Shown here piece by piece: positions 1 through 13,235 of a stretch of DNA of 64,000 nucleotides. Each line of letters starts with the position of its first letter. The stretch's first letter is position 1. The notes below the pieces were generated by a model that saw only the letters and a program-made list of their open reading frames with translations, was not told the DNA's origin and made no database searches. Source of the DNA: Sphaerodactylus townsendi (lineage: Eukaryota); NCBI RefSeq assembly GCF_021028975.2, contig NC_059432.1:6448001-6512000 (forward strand), read 5' to 3'. Position numbers and translations under genes: made by a program.

Positions 1-1227
1 GGACGGCATCCAATGTCTGCCAACTGTACTGATACGGGTCTATCTGTGGCACATGCAGGCCCTGACGAGGCATGGCCCAGGGTGGCTGATGTCATCAGAC
101 CTCGGAAGCTATGGAGGAGCCCTGGTTAATATTTGGTTGAGAGGCCCCCAGGGAATGCAGGGTTGTGATGCAGAAGTAAGTAGTAGCAAACCACTTAGGA
201 CATCGCTTGCCTTGAAAATCCTATGGAATCACCATACATTCACCCCGACTTAATGGCCCTTCTCCCCCGCCCTCTCTCTCTCTCTCTCTCTCTCTCACAC
301 AGACACACACACGCATGCATGCACACACACGATAACCTGCATACAATAACACAGATTTCAAGTGTACATATAATTTCTTTATGCCCAGTGGTGTTCTTCC
401 TACAGGCCGTGTAAAATCCTCATGGAGAAATCTGGGCTTTTAATCTGGGGAGGCTGGACAATAGAAAACAACGTTCCTTCCACCAACGTCAGAAGTCATT
501 GCAAGTGGGCGGAATATGGGCACCTAAAATCCTGAATGGGAGAGAGGAGTGGGGCAGGGGGAGCCCATCCCACATCCCAGTTTCTCCCCCACGTCTCTTG
601 CGCTAAGAGCTATTTTTTAAACGTAGAGATACAATAAGGCTGAATCTTCTCCCCGTCCACTCCCAAACATTCCACTTGTCCCCTGGGGACCCCTGGCAAG
701 CTTCAGCGTTGTCCCAGCCAGCTGTGCTGAAGGAAAGAGGGAGAGTCAATCCAAAGCCCCTCTTTATTGCACAGCTGCCTGCACAGCTGGGATAATCCTT
801 TGAGCGAACAAAGCCTGTGGGTTCAGAAAACACTGACAGAGCAGGAGTATCAGCCATTTTTGAAACCCAAGATAGTTTTTGAAGTTTCAAGAAGGAAGAG
901 GACCTTGGTGTGAAACTGGAGGAGGTTGTGGTGGTCAGTGGTTCAGCTGTGGGGCATGGCTGAGCTCCTGTGGAGAAAGCCTGGAGTCTAAGCACAGTGC
1001 CAGGCGAGGGCCCTCTCTGCTTGGCTGTCTCTGCTATTCTGGGTCATACCAGGGTATCCTGTGTTCCCGAGCACATGCCATTTCATCACATGTGGGGGGG
1101 GGGGGCCTGGGCGCGGCCAGTGCCAGCAGCTCCCCTGGTGCTAGGACACCAGTTGTGAATGCTGTGGCTGCAGGCTGGCTCCCCCCCCCCCCCCGGAGGC
1201 TGGGAACGACAGACTTTCCTCTGCTAC

Positions 1228-1322
1228 ACCTCTGAAGATGCCAGCCACAGATGCAGGCAAAACTTTAGGAACAAGATCTACCAGACCACGGCCACACAGC
1301 CCGGCAAACCCACAACAGCCAA
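1228..1322 (+). mobile_element. Penelope-like element terminal fragment (others at about 15150-15370 and 27243-27300)
   Basis: acctctgaagatgccagccacagatgcagg...cacggccacacagcccg, resembling recalled squamate Penelope pseudo-LTRs. Confidence 0.7.
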
Positions 1323-1456
1323 ACTCAGAGCAGAGGCTACTCAGCTGTTGCCTGCAACCAAGCAGGGCTTTCCTCCTTTGCCATACAGGCAGCCTTTTGA
1401 CACACTAAACTGAGCTATCCTGCTGTGACTTGTGGAGATAGAAGTTGGGACTAAGG

Positions 1457-1557
1457 CAGTGGTGGGATTCAGCAGGTTCACACCACTTCGGCAGAAACAG
1501 TTGTTAAAATGCTGCTTGTAAACAACCAGTTGTTAAATTATTTGAATCCCACCACTG
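1457..1557. mobile_element. hAT MITE (101 bp)
   Basis: Perfect 15-bp TIR cagtggtgggattca; 8-bp TSD gactaagg. Confidence 0.93.
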
Positions 1558-1680
1558 GACTAAGGGATGTGTGGATTGGGGAAAACATCTAAATTGGGAA
1601 GAACTCAGGAGAAAAGCTTTCTGCAGTGTGGCATTGACCTTGTCGGCTCCATCTTGTCCCTGATGTTCGTTGATCTCTAT

Positions 1681-1821
1681 GGCCCCTTCCGCACACGCAA
1701 AATAATGCGTTTTCAAACCACTTTCACAACTGTTTGCAAGTGGATTTTGCCATTCCGCACAGCTTCAAAGAGCACTGAAAGCAGTTTGAAAGTGCATTAT
1801 TCTGCATGTGCGGAATGAGCC
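1681..1821. mobile_element. PIF/Harbinger-like palindromic MITE (second copy at 60282-60432)
   Basis: Termini ggccccttccgcaca...tgtgcggaatgagcc; 3-bp TSD tat. Confidence 0.8.
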
Positions 1822-2631
1822 TATGTGAATCCCGGAGGAGAAATGGCTTGTGGTTCTGGAATAGGCTACTGACCCCTGACTCTACATTTCTGTATCCAGA
1901 TTTTCTGATGACCCTAAAGTGTCTCTAAGCCAAGGTCTGATTGCTGTAGTTGTCTGGCTCAGGATATTCAAGCTGGAACCATATCCTGACAAGGCAGAAG
2001 TAATGTTGTTTGGGAAGGTCAAACTCCACGTTCACTGGGGATCCAGCTTTCTCTTGCTGACTCAGTTCAGAGCCTAGGGATGACTCTGGATCCACCATTG
2101 TTGTTGGAGAAGTGAGCTGGTGCACCTGTGGAAAGGGCGTTCTACCAACTTCATGTAGTTTGGAAGATGGCTGCCGACCTTGACTTGGCCCACCTGGCCA
2201 CATGGATCCATGCTATGGTTACTTCAAGGCTAGACTGAAAGGTATCTCAGAAGCTCAGTGGTGTAGCGCCAAGGGGGTGGAAAGGTGCACAATGCACCGG
2301 ATGCGCGCCAGGGCGGAGGCGTTATAGGGCAGGGCAGGGCGCAGGGCGCATGCGTTCCCTGGGAGCAGTTTCCCTCACTCCAGCAGAATCTTCAGTTGGT
2401 TCAGAATTTCATGGCTTGGCTACTGTCAGCTGCACTTCATCTCTCTTGCTGTCTTCTGTGATGTCAGCTTTACTCTTCAGAACAAAATGTTCTGTCGCTG
2501 GGCATTGAACCTTGGGGTCTTCCCTGAGTTCATTAACACAGGTTGGCCAGTCTGAACCTGACATTTGTTGAGCTCCTGAAGTCACTGTGACTTGCTTATG
2601 TTGGGCTGCCCTTGAAACAGTCCTTTGAGGC

Positions 2632-2838
2632 NNNNNNNNNNNNNNNNNNNNNNNNNNNNNNNNNNNNNNNNNNNNNNNNNNNNNNNNNNNNNNNNNNNNN
2701 NNNNNNNNNNNNNNNNNNNNNNNNNNNNNNNNNNNNNNNNNNNNNNNNNNNNNNNNNNNNNNNNNNNNNNNNNNNNNNNNNNNNNNNNNNNNNNNNNNNN
2801 NNNNNNNNNNNNNNNNNNNNNNNNNNNNNNNNNNNNNN
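2632..2838. other. Assembly gap (others: 5892-6055, 8837-9146, 26309-26468)
   Basis: Runs of N; ORFs spanning them are artefacts. Confidence 0.99.
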
Positions 2839-4814
2839 AGATGCTGGAGGTGATGGCTGGTCAGGAAGCCTGGTGCTCTGGAGGGACAGGATCCACCCGT
2901 TCTGGTTGGAGTGAAATTGGCATTTTGGAAAGCTGATGGGTACAGTAGCCAAGAGTGCATTTGGTTTGCCAGCTCTGGCACCGCCGATCTGTTACTTTGT
3001 AACCTCTCGGTTCAACTGCTTTGATACGGTCTTTGAAGACAGTCCAGACTTCCCGTTGGTCTTGCTGCAACAGCCAGGGAGATGTCATCGCGTATGCCCA
3101 AGACAAAAATAAATTAGCTGTTTGGGGTCAGCTGAGAGCTATCTGAAATGGCCTTGAACAGCTGTTGGGCAGGGTCTTCCTCTTTTAAATTGTAAAGGGT
3201 CCTTGTTGTCCATGGGCATAATTGTCTTCTAGGGTTGGAGACCAGGTCATCTCCTGTAGAAACGAATGATTCTTTAAAATGGAAAGGGGCTGCAGACCTT
3301 GACCAAGAGCGGATCCAGTAGACCTGCCCTCCCATGACAAGGGGTGGCCCTTAAGAAATAATGGGACTGTTACTTCCTATGGGCAGTAGAGAAAACATGT
3401 CTATTTACAAACTGTAATGCCCCCTCATTGTTTCCTATGGGTAGACCTGGCCTTTGTATTGCCCATAGGAAAGAGTAGGCTGATTATTTTCTATGGGCCT
3501 CTGTGCCTTATGGACAGTAGACCTTGCCTCCAAGACCAGTGGGGTGGGATAGGGCAGGCAGAGAGAGTTATCCAGATCTTTTACATTTTAAAGGGCCATT
3601 ATGTTTATGGACAGTAGACCTGGCCTCTGATTTTGGACAGCAGGTCTTCCCATACCAAACGATGGCCATTTAACATCCAAAGGGAGAGGACAGACTGCCC
3701 AACACTTGTTTGGTGAGACTTTTCTTATTCTCTGTGCAGCTGCTGCCTCTAGTGGAAAGGGGAGGGGGGGCAGTTGATAAAAGGACCTGAATTTCTGAAA
3801 AGTACCTGGGAAAAAATCCCAGAACAATCAGGGAAGTCCTGAAAAGTTGGGGTGAAAAGCATGGCCTTTACGAATCCGATTATTTTTTAGTGTGCCCACC
3901 CCCAGTAGAAGCCTGATGATAATCAGGGTAGCTGAGGGGAGGTTAAAACTACCTCATTGACTCACAACTTGTTCCTGAGTTCAGTTCAAGGCGCTGGTTC
4001 TGACTTTGAAAGCCCTTTCCAGCCTAGAACCAAACCCTCTTGTCACCCCCTTCTGATTGTCAGCCCTCTTAGGTCTTTTTAATTTGTGACCCCCACCTCA
4101 TGGAACAGGTTTCTGGGGGAGGCAAGGGAGTCACTATGCTCAGTTTTTTTGGAACGTAAGGGCAGGCATTTTCTGCCATCCCAGTTAGCGTGTTACACCA
4201 ATCCTAAAGCAATTACTTTTATTTCATTTATTTATAAAAGTTTATACCCCACCTCATACTAGAATCTTTTGGCTACTTACACAGGTTAAAGTCAATGCAA
4301 ACTACAATAAAAAACCACAAATAAAATATAACAATGAAAACAACACTAAAAATAACATTAAAATAGCCCCAACCTGCACTCTCTCCGCCCCGCAGACCAG
4401 CAGCTGTAGAAGGGGTCTCCAGGGAAGCTAGCCAAATGCTGCTAAACCCATTAAGGGCAGGCACATGATGAATCTCTGAGGGGAGACTATGCCAAAGCCT
4501 GGGGACAGCCCCAAAGAAAGCCCTCCGACATACCCCCACCCTCCGCACCTCAGTGGGGACAGCACCACCAGGAGTGCCTCCTCCTGTGACCTCAGTGCCT
4601 GGACAGGTACAGACAGGATTAGGCATCCCTTCAGTGGGGCAGGGCCAAAGCTGTTTACATTTGTTTCTGAGCTCCTGAAAGTACAAATTCTTAAAACCCT
4701 CAATGTCTTGGAACTCTCCAGAATTCAAGAATTCTGGAAGACTCGTGTGGAACATGGACACGAGAACATGTGGCCAGTGTAGCGACCTCACTTGGCCATT
4801 CTTCATGCCAGAGA

Positions 4815-4960
4815 GAGGCCGTGGCTCAGTGGCAGAACATTTGCGTGGCATGCAGGAGATCCCTGGTTCAATCCCTGGCATCTCCAGTTTAAAGGAACAG
4901 GGACTGAATGATTTGAAGGACTTGGGAAGCGGCTGCCAGTCTGAGTACACGATATTTGCT
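4815..4960 (+). mobile_element. tRNA-derived SINE (others at about 6690-6845 on - and 8790-9270 on +)
   Basis: A box tggctcagtgg and B box ggttcaatccc, followed by a non-tRNA body; no intact cloverleaf. Confidence 0.75.
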
Positions 4961-7900
4961 TTGCTGGAGCAAGGATCTGGTCCAGTAGAAGGCGGCGGCG
5001 GCGGTGGCAGGTGTGTTCCTGGGTCCGCTTGTCCTTTGCTACCCTTCTTTGTTGCCAACTCAGCCTCACGGAATGGGCCACTGGAGAAAGCAGGATAGAT
5101 TAGGAAGAACTGTAAGCCTGCTTCTATTTCATTATCAAGGACTATTTCATTATCAAGGACTCCCAAGGACTCACCAATTTTACTTTGACAATTATTTCTT
5201 TAGGATAAAGCACTCTTATTGGAGTGGCTGGGTGGCTCATCCCAGTAGTGTCCAGAAGCAAGAATTCTGGAGGACTCCTGTGGAACATTCTCAGCATAGT
5301 AAAGGCCAGAATGATGCGTTCCTTGCAAACTTTTCTTATCTGTAGAAGGTGCTAAATTCATCGGCTGAGATGTTCTAGTATTCCTTTTATATAATGGGAT
5401 TATTGTCAGATATAGTTGAAAGAGATGGCCACTTTGGCTGCCCACAGCATTTCCCCAAGACTTCACTTTCTCAACAGCTGCTTTCCATAACGGAGAGAAG
5501 AAATCTCATCACAAGCTTTTAAATGCAACACAGCAGCACGTCAAATTTGCTTGCTAAAGCTGTTTGGTATCTGGGAAGAAATGCTCTTCTGGAAAGGGAC
5601 TGCCCTTCTGCAGAGCGGGTCTCTCTTAAGTTGCTTTTCCACGACTGCAAACTCACCCAATCTAATTAAGCACACGTGCACACATTTCCACACCCCTCTT
5701 CTGAATCCTGCCTGCAAAAGAAGGGCTTGGAAGAGCTGTATTGTCTATGCTCAATTATTACATATCCTTTGCTGAGAACTCTATGCGCTCCACAATTTTG
5801 AACCTCCTGTGTGTTTCTTCATATTTTCAATCAAATTATTACATACTGGAAATATGCATAAGGGAAATTATTCTACACATTTTATGGTTCANNNNNNNNN
5901 NNNNNNNNNNNNNNNNNNNNNNNNNNNNNNNNNNNNNNNNNNNNNNNNNNNNNNNNNNNNNNNNNNNNNNNNNNNNNNNNNNNNNNNNNNNNNNNNNNNN
6001 NNNNNNNNNNNNNNNNNNNNNNNNNNNNNNNNNNNNNNNNNNNNNNNNNNNNNNNCAGCCAATGCTGCCCAGTGACCTGTATTGGAGGAATCGAGTGTTA
6101 TTTTTCATATCCAAACTTAATCGAATAAAGTAGGAATAAAGAGATAATCTACCCTAGAAAACAATGCAATTTCTAGATAATATAATAATACACCTGGACA
6201 ATATGATTTCATAAATCTTAGCTCTAAAATTTACATGAGCTGGGTGTTAGAGGGCCTTTGTAGGATTGGAGGGGGGGGGGTTGAGTGGAATGGGAATGAG
6301 AAATATAATTTAAGTGGGGAAAGTAGGGAATGAGCCAGTTTCGTGCGGTGTGAACAGAGTCTTGGGTAAACCGCATGTGCTAAGTGTGTCCAGCGTTAAG
6401 AAGCTGAAGTTTGGAGTGGGTCCACCAGCCAGTGATATTGCCATGTATAAAGTTCTTGTGGTCTGAGCTATACCCCTCCCGACTGCCAGTAATAGCACAG
6501 GTGGATGAAAGTTTTGCCATACCTAACAAAATCCTCTGCCTTATAAAATAGTAACACCCCCCAACACCCTGGAAACTAGCATGTTTCAGAACACGGATTC
6601 CTGCCTAGTCTTTTTCTTAGCATGTTCCTGTGCCCAGGTAACTTATTTTTGCAGATGAACAAGTGAAGGTGGTTTATGCTGAACCAGACTACCAGCCTTC
6701 CCTACTCAGACTGGCAGTGGCGTTCCAGAGTCTCAGGCGGAGGTCTTCTACGTCGCCTCCCGCCTGCTCCTGGAGATGCCGGGAATTGAATCCGGAACCT
6801 TCTGCACACAGAGCAGATGCTCTGCCATGGAGCTGCAGCTCCCCTTTCGCAGGCTGAAAAAATCCGGACACAGGAGACTTTTTTCCAACTGTGAGACAGA
6901 GAAGGTTTTTGAAGAGGTTTGGGGAGTTGGAAAAAGGCACCGCGAGAAAACCCAGGAAGATCCAGGTGGTCTGTCTTTAAGGGAGGAAGGAGATCTGGGG
7001 CGGGGGGGAGGGGGGCAGAGCTGAAGCTTTGGAGTACTAAAGAACAGCTGTTGAGATGGCTGGTTGGCACCTGCGTGTTTATGACTCATTACTGAGTGTC
7101 GCAAGAAGCAATGATTGGCATGTGTCACTGCAGGCGATTATCACTAGATGTCCTCTCAAGCACAACCCCTAGGAATGGAGACAGCCCCCTGCCCATTCCA
7201 GGCTACTGTCATCAGAGAGAGTGACATGTGACAGACTGACAAGGAGTCCAAGCAATCACAGGAAAGCTGCAGTCAGCGGGTTCATTTTACACAGGGTTTG
7301 TTTCCGCTTGCGAGAAGAAAAGCGGATGACAACATTTGGTTTATGAACAAAGAGAAATGATGTTTTTAGCTGTTTGGGGTTTTAGCTGTTTAGCATGACA
7401 TGCATTTTGCGCCTCTGCACCTGTCTGTCCCTGAATATGCTAGAACAGCAAAGCTGGTCGGCAAGGAAAGCTGTGCCCTTTTTGCCAGAAATGTCTGTAG
7501 AGAAGAGCGAGTGGATAACAGAAACCGTGCACCGACGATTACCAGGAGGGTGCAGGCTAGCTTGATCTCATCAGATCTTGGCTGCTAAGCTGGATAATAT
7601 TTGGATGGGAGACCACCAAGATCTCTGGCGTTGCTTTGTAGAGGCAGGCAGTGGCCAACGTCTGTTGCCTTGGAAACTCAGTGGCCATAAGTCAGCTGCA
7701 CCTCAGCAGCACTTTCCACCCCGACATGTGGCATTTACACCATAAATACAATAACAACCCCCCCCCCCCCCCCCCCCCCCCCCGGCCAATCCCTGAAGCC
7801 TCCCATTCGCACACCCTCAAAAGCCTTGACAAACTGGCAGGCCTTGCAGCGCCTCCTGGGCCCCCTCCCCCCCTTAGGAAGCCCGTTCCACAGAGCTAGA

Positions 7901-9340
7901 GCCAGGATGAGAAAAGCTGGGCCACCCTAAGCGGTGAGGTAATCGACAGATGGCTGTCTGATGACAATAGTTGGCGCGCAGGGCCCAGATTCAGATTCTG
8001 TCTACCAGGACTGTCTCCTGCTTTGAGTGGAATACTGAGATCCACACATCACCTCAATGGCCTTCAGTCTTCTTGGGATGTCTGGCCCCATTTCCCTTCA
8101 AAAAACAGGAAAGTTTGAAGAATGTTGACTGGGGTGGGGGGAACCGGCACAGCAGGGAACGGTTGTAGTTGGGACAAGGAAGAAGTCCCTGTTGTTGGAC
8201 CTCTGAGGGGACCGGCTGGCCATTGTGTGAGGCAGGAGGCTGGGCTAGAGGGACCCTCTTCGGCCTGATAACAGCAGGCTCTTCTGAGGTGCTCACGAGC
8301 ACAGGCTCCAAGAAGCACTGACGACATGCATTGGCTTTCCAGGGAAAGTGTGGAGGCAACTGGCCCGTCTCCTCAGTGGTGAAATGTGCGTGTGGAACGT
8401 CCTCCATCCCTCTGCTACGAAAGACGTGCACCTCCTTCTGCTGCTTCGTTTCATGGAGTACATGAATGAATGCTTTAGTGCTATCAAATACTAGCACCTG
8501 GCAAACCCTGAGGCATGTGAGTCTGTTGCAGAATCGCATCCTGTGCTTTATGGCAGGAGCCCACCTGGTCCTGGAATGCTGCATTATATTCGGTGCTTCT
8601 TTCTCATTTGTGAGCCTGCAGGAGTCACGTTTTATTCTGAATTTGTGAAATCGTTCCTGCTTTCGATTGGAGTGTATCAAGTCTCTCCCCCCTCCCAAGC
8701 TCTTCTGTAGTGTAGAAACTGATTGTAGAAGTGATGGCCTCATAAGAGGGCTGTGGGGCCTTGCCACCGTTCTCATCTTGTGGCAGGAGCCGTGGCTCAG
8801 GGGTGCAGCATCTTCCTGGCCTGCGGAAGGTCCCTGNNNNNNNNNNNNNNNNNNNNNNNNNNNNNNNNNNNNNNNNNNNNNNNNNNNNNNNNNNNNNNNN
8901 NNNNNNNNNNNNNNNNNNNNNNNNNNNNNNNNNNNNNNNNNNNNNNNNNNNNNNNNNNNNNNNNNNNNNNNNNNNNNNNNNNNNNNNNNNNNNNNNNNNN
9001 NNNNNNNNNNNNNNNNNNNNNNNNNNNNNNNNNNNNNNNNNNNNNNNNNNNNNNNNNNNNNNNNNNNNNNNNNNNNNNNNNNNNNNNNNNNNNNNNNNNN
9101 NNNNNNNNNNNNNNNNNNNNNNNNNNNNNNNNNNNNNNNNNNNNNNCCCGGAGGGCTCCGGGCCCGTTGGTGTGAAAGACTTCTGGGAGTCGCTGCCCGT
9201 CTGAGTCGCCAGTCCTGACTCGGATGGATCCAGGCTGTGATTCAGTAGAAGGGGACGTCTCGTGTTCACACTTTCTTTGTGCAAGAAGGCAGCCTTCCAA
9301 ATTCCTGGCTATGGACACTTTTCCACTTTTGTTTTCGTAG

Positions 9341-9466
9341 CCCAAAATTGCAGAGGAGAATTTGACCTACGCTGAACTGGAACTGATGAAGCCCTACCAG
9401 AAGGAGAAGGGTGTTCCGACCGTGACGGTCTACGCTCAGATTCTCTTCGAGGAAAACAAGATGTGA
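9341..9466 (+). CDS. VSTM4: VSTM4 last coding exon (cytoplasmic tail, PKIAEENLTYAELELMKPYQKEKGVPTVTVYAQILFEENKM*)
   Basis: Polypyrimidine tract and acceptor ttttgttttcgtag end at 9340; phase 0; 41 codons then TGA at 9464-9466. It closely matches the recalled human VSTM4 C-terminus (PKIAEENLTYAELEL...TVYAQILFEENKL). Too short for the ORF track. Upstream exons were not found in the window. Confidence 0.95.
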   Translation, partial: PKIAEENLTYAELELMKPYQKEKGVPTVTVYAQILFEENKM

Positions 9467-10124
9467 TGCCTGTCCAGGACAGGTCCTGCGTGCCAGCTCA
9501 TACTTAATTCCTCCTGTGTAGCGTATTTATAAAATGTCATAGAGGTGGCCTTCTCTTCCTTGTCAGGTTTGTTTTTGTACGATTTGTTAAAAAATATATA
9601 TTTTAAGGGGATTTTGGTGGGGCCTAGAAAGAGAAAGGCCTCACACTTTGAATGGGAGCTTATTCAACCCAGTGATGTTTCACCTTTTTTTCCTTGTAAT
9701 GCTAAATGTGATCCCCCACCCACCCTTTGTTATTGTTCTGATGCACAACCAAGTGGTCCAAGCTAGGGAGCAGCCCAGTGTCTCAGCTGAGCTAAGAAGC
9801 CGCCACTGAAGTCCACTTCTTCTGAGTCTGCATTTCATCCAGTTGGCCTGTTCCCCGTTGTCTCCTTCTCTTAAATGGGGCTGCTCATCTTCTCCGGTCG
9901 CGGTCCATGTGGACAAGGCAATGGTATGTGTGGCTGGTACCTGGGAATGGGAGCTCCTGCCCTCTTGCACCTGACACTGGCCCTACTCTTCCACTACCCC
10001 GCAGATGGGCATACATAGGATTTGTGCGCATACAGAATCCCTTCCAAAACTGTAGGGGATGCTTGGAGACAGTGTTTGGCTGACATACAATTTAATAATC
10101 CAAGAATTGTAATGAAGCATCATC

Positions 10125-10645
10125 TCTTCTGCCTTGGTTAGACCTCACCTAGAATACTGTGTCCAATTCTGGACACCACAATTCAAGAAAGATATTGACA
10201 AGCTGGAACAGGTCCAGAGGAGGGAGACCAAAATGGTCAAAGGCTTGAAATCCATCGATGTGGAGCAGCTTAGGAAGCTAGGACTGTTTAATCTGGAGAA
10301 GAAAAGCTAAGGGATGATATGATCACCATGTTTAAATATTTGAAGGGGTGTCATGTTGAAGAGAGAGCAAGCTTGCTTTCTGCTGCTCCAGAGACTAGGG
10401 CCAGGAGTCGTGGATTCAAGGTGCAGGAATGGAAATTTCACATGAACATTAGGAAGAACTTCCTGACGGTAAAGGCTACTGGACAGTGGAATCCGTGGCC
10501 TCGAAGGGTGGTGGAGACTTCTTCTTTGGAGATTTCTAAACGGGCTGGATGACCATCTGTCAGGAGTTTTTTGATGGTGTCCCCTTGCATGTCAGGGGCT
10601 TGGGCTAGATGGCCCTTTTGGTCTCTTCCAACTCTATGATTCTGT
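10125..10645 (+). mobile_element. CR1 3' fragment (older subfamily, ctatgattct tail)
   Basis: Degenerate [13 protein letters not shown] and FKYLKGCHVEE; tail ccaactctatgattct. Confidence 0.88.
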
Positions 10646-10832
10646 TACATTACAAGAGATCCTGCGTTACTTGAGGCAGAAAAAATGTCTTGAGTATGAC
10701 AGGTAAAAGGGATATGGCCAGATCTCAGAAGATAAACAGCACTTGGACAGGAAAATACTGAGGAAGACTAGGGTCGCTACACAGAGGCAGGCCGTGACAA
10801 AATCCACCACCGTCAGTCTCCTGCTTTAATGT

Positions 10833-11030
10833 GGATGGCCTAGGCTAGCCCAATCCCATCAGGTCTTGGAAGCCAATCAAGGTGGTGCCTGGTTAGTCCT
10901 TGGGTGGGAGACCACCAAGGAAGTCCAGGGTTGCTGTACAGAGGCAGGCAAGGGCAAACCTCTGCTCATCCGTTGCCTTGGAAATCCTACAGGATCACCA
11001 TAAGTCAGTTGCAATTTGACAGCACTCTCT
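10833..11030 (+). mobile_element. 5S rRNA-derived SINE (many other copies, e.g. about 60-230, 7550-7720, 32020-32200 on +; 42985-43140, 46360-46990, 57190-57360 on -)
   Basis: 5S-like head (cttggaagc...cctggttagtccttgggtgggagaccacc) joined to a gaggcaggcaagggcaaacc body. Confidence 0.8.
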
Positions 11031-11712
11031 TCCCCCACGTATGGTGTTCACATACTTTATTTGGGAACTATCCCCAAAGCTTTTGGGACTTTACCATCAC
11101 AGGTAATAGCTCTCTGTAACATTAAACTACGGAAAAGTTTAGCAACTAAATTAAGATATGTTAAACAGGTCACATTGCAAGTAAAATGTACAAAATAAAC
11201 AAGTATTGAGCAAAAAAATTAATCCAACTACATTAATTTTTAAAATAATTTGAGGGCAGGATACAGATCTCACCAAAAGGTGTCAGAGTCTTAGCATGAA
11301 TTTCCGAAGCTGCTGAAATATACCTAGCAGCAGCTTCTGTGGGCCTTTGTTACCCACAAGAATGTTCAGAAAATAAGGATGGGATGGGGGTGCAAAGAGG
11401 ACAGTGGAGGCTTCTGTTTTCTAGATTTGTCTACGACATTCGTTATATGCAAACTCTGGGTCTCCTTATGCAGGACCTGAAATCTTCAACCCAACTTTCA
11501 TTTCAGATCTGAAGTAACGGGACCTTCATTGTTAGCCTCTCTTTAGCCTGGCTGATCCCTGATGTGTTGTTCCAAAGCCATCTAGATTTATTCCATACTG
11601 CAACTTTTGGATAATACTTAAGACCTTGGGGCAAACTGGGGATTTGGGTGTAGAGAGCTTCGAGTAGACACCTGTTTGCCTTTAAAGAAAATATTCCCTG
11701 TATTGTGACTTA

Positions 11713-12321
11713 GGTCAGTTCCCCACGGGAAATTCTATCTAGATTAAACCAAGTTCGTAAAGCAACCGCACCTTTAATAGGGTTTTCAGCCTCCCCACCG
11801 CAGCATGTATTCAGCAAAGACATGTAGGCCTGCCTCTGATTCCAGAAATATAGCAATCCCCACTACCACTCAGTCTCCTTTGCGGGTCTCTCCTGATTGG
11901 CTGGCATGCCATGTTGGGGCAGGACCTTTTTCGGGTGGGAACCTGAGGTTCGCTCGTTTCCAAGGACAAATGTTTAAATGTTTAGGCATTTAAGTGGGTT
12001 TTCGCTCTTTTGCAAGGATAAACGTTTAGGCATTTGAGCGGGTTTTCGCTCGTTTGGAAGGGCGGACAGTTACTTGTGTAAGCATTTTTTCATTATGCTG
12101 ACCGAAACTTGGAAGAGGCTGTGCACGCCGCCGAGAGCTGATTGGTTGCTAGACTTGCATCACGCTCCACGATGGTTCTGTCAGGACACGGGATAAGGGG
12201 GAGAACGAGCGCCAGAAACAGGATGAATCCCTGTTTGCCACTCAAGCAGTGGAGAGGTTTTCCTGAAACCTAGTTATTTCACATGAGTATCACGTGATTA
12301 ATTGACCGTGGGGAATCGACC
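11713..12321. mobile_element. PIF/Harbinger-like non-autonomous element
   Basis: TIR ggtcagttccccacgg / ccgtggggaatcgacc; flanks tta/ttc; internal ~45-bp tandem repeat near 11950-12060. Confidence 0.72.
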
Positions 12322-13229
12322 TTCGATGAACCTGCCTGCTAGCAAAGATACCACAATTAGGACAACTGGAAATGTGCTTTTGGAATGTGAAAAAGATTCT
12401 CAGGGATTAAACTGGAAAAGCAAACATGAGCTGCCCTTCTCAGTAGCTGGAACAAGTTATGAGGCTACTGAGAGCTACTACAGACCACATAAACAAGGAA
12501 TGCTTCAGGCCTCGCCCACAAAACCCACAAAAGCATTGTTTTAGGGGAGATGGGGAAGTCTTCACATCCCTGAAACCCTGGAGAGCGGCTGCCAGCCTGA
12601 GTAGACAATACTGAGCTTGACGGACCGAGAGTCCGATTCAGTGGAAGGCAGCGTCATGTACATTCAGGTTCACATGAAAGCTAATCATGTGACTTGGTGA
12701 CCTCTGTGGGCAAACACCCTGAACAGGGCCCTTGATGTTTGATCCCCTGAGCCCCCCCCCCCCACCTCTTGGCAGCCCTGTCTGGTGGTTACGACCTTCG
12801 CCCCTCCCCTATCCCCAGTATGACTCAGTCTTGTTGTTGCTGTGGCTGGAAAGCTTTTTTTGTATTAGCTATTTTATCCAGGAAGTTGTTTTGCTCTGCA
12901 GCTGGTGCCTTCCTTCCCAGCGCCTGACTGCTTCACTCGGCCCACAAGACCGGCATGATCCTGCCACAGCGTCAGGATAGGGCCGAGTTGTGCAGGAGAG
13001 CCTGAAGATGTTAGCTGATGACATGCGGTTTCAGTAAGCCTTTCCAGAAACCCACCTTACCATTTTTTAAGCTTCAAAAGGACCATTTCCCACGCATTAG
13101 ACGTGTTTTCAAAATAATACCAGCAACACATTTCATCTACAGGAAGAAATTTTTGTTAATGTTTTCATTTTCTATTTATATCCTCATTTGTGTCTCATTT
13201 ATGTGTAATTCCCTGTATCATTTGGCTGA

Positions 13230-13235
13230 AATAAA
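13230..13235 (+). promoter_or_regulatory. Candidate VSTM4 poly(A) signal (AATAAA; another at 11194-11199)
   Basis: AATAAA after a U-rich stretch (13150-13225) and before a GT-rich segment; inference only. Confidence 0.35.

Noticed and set aside
4815-4890. tRNA gene
   Set aside because: A and B boxes are present but it continues into a SINE body with several degenerate copies; no intact cloverleaf.
5123-5161. Short tandem duplications (also about 17079-17110, 41938-42000, 49333-49358)
   Set aside because: Ordinary slippage duplications with no sign of function.
4273-5166. 297-aa minus-strand ORF
   Set aside because: A chance read-through across SINE and L2 fragments with a non-ATG start.
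5478-5560. Candidate VSTM4 penultimate exon after tcaacag
   Set aside because: The translation does not match the expected segment and reaches a stop without a good donor.
10833-10930. 5S rRNA gene
   Set aside because: Diverged and fused to a SINE body; dispersed copies occur throughout the window.
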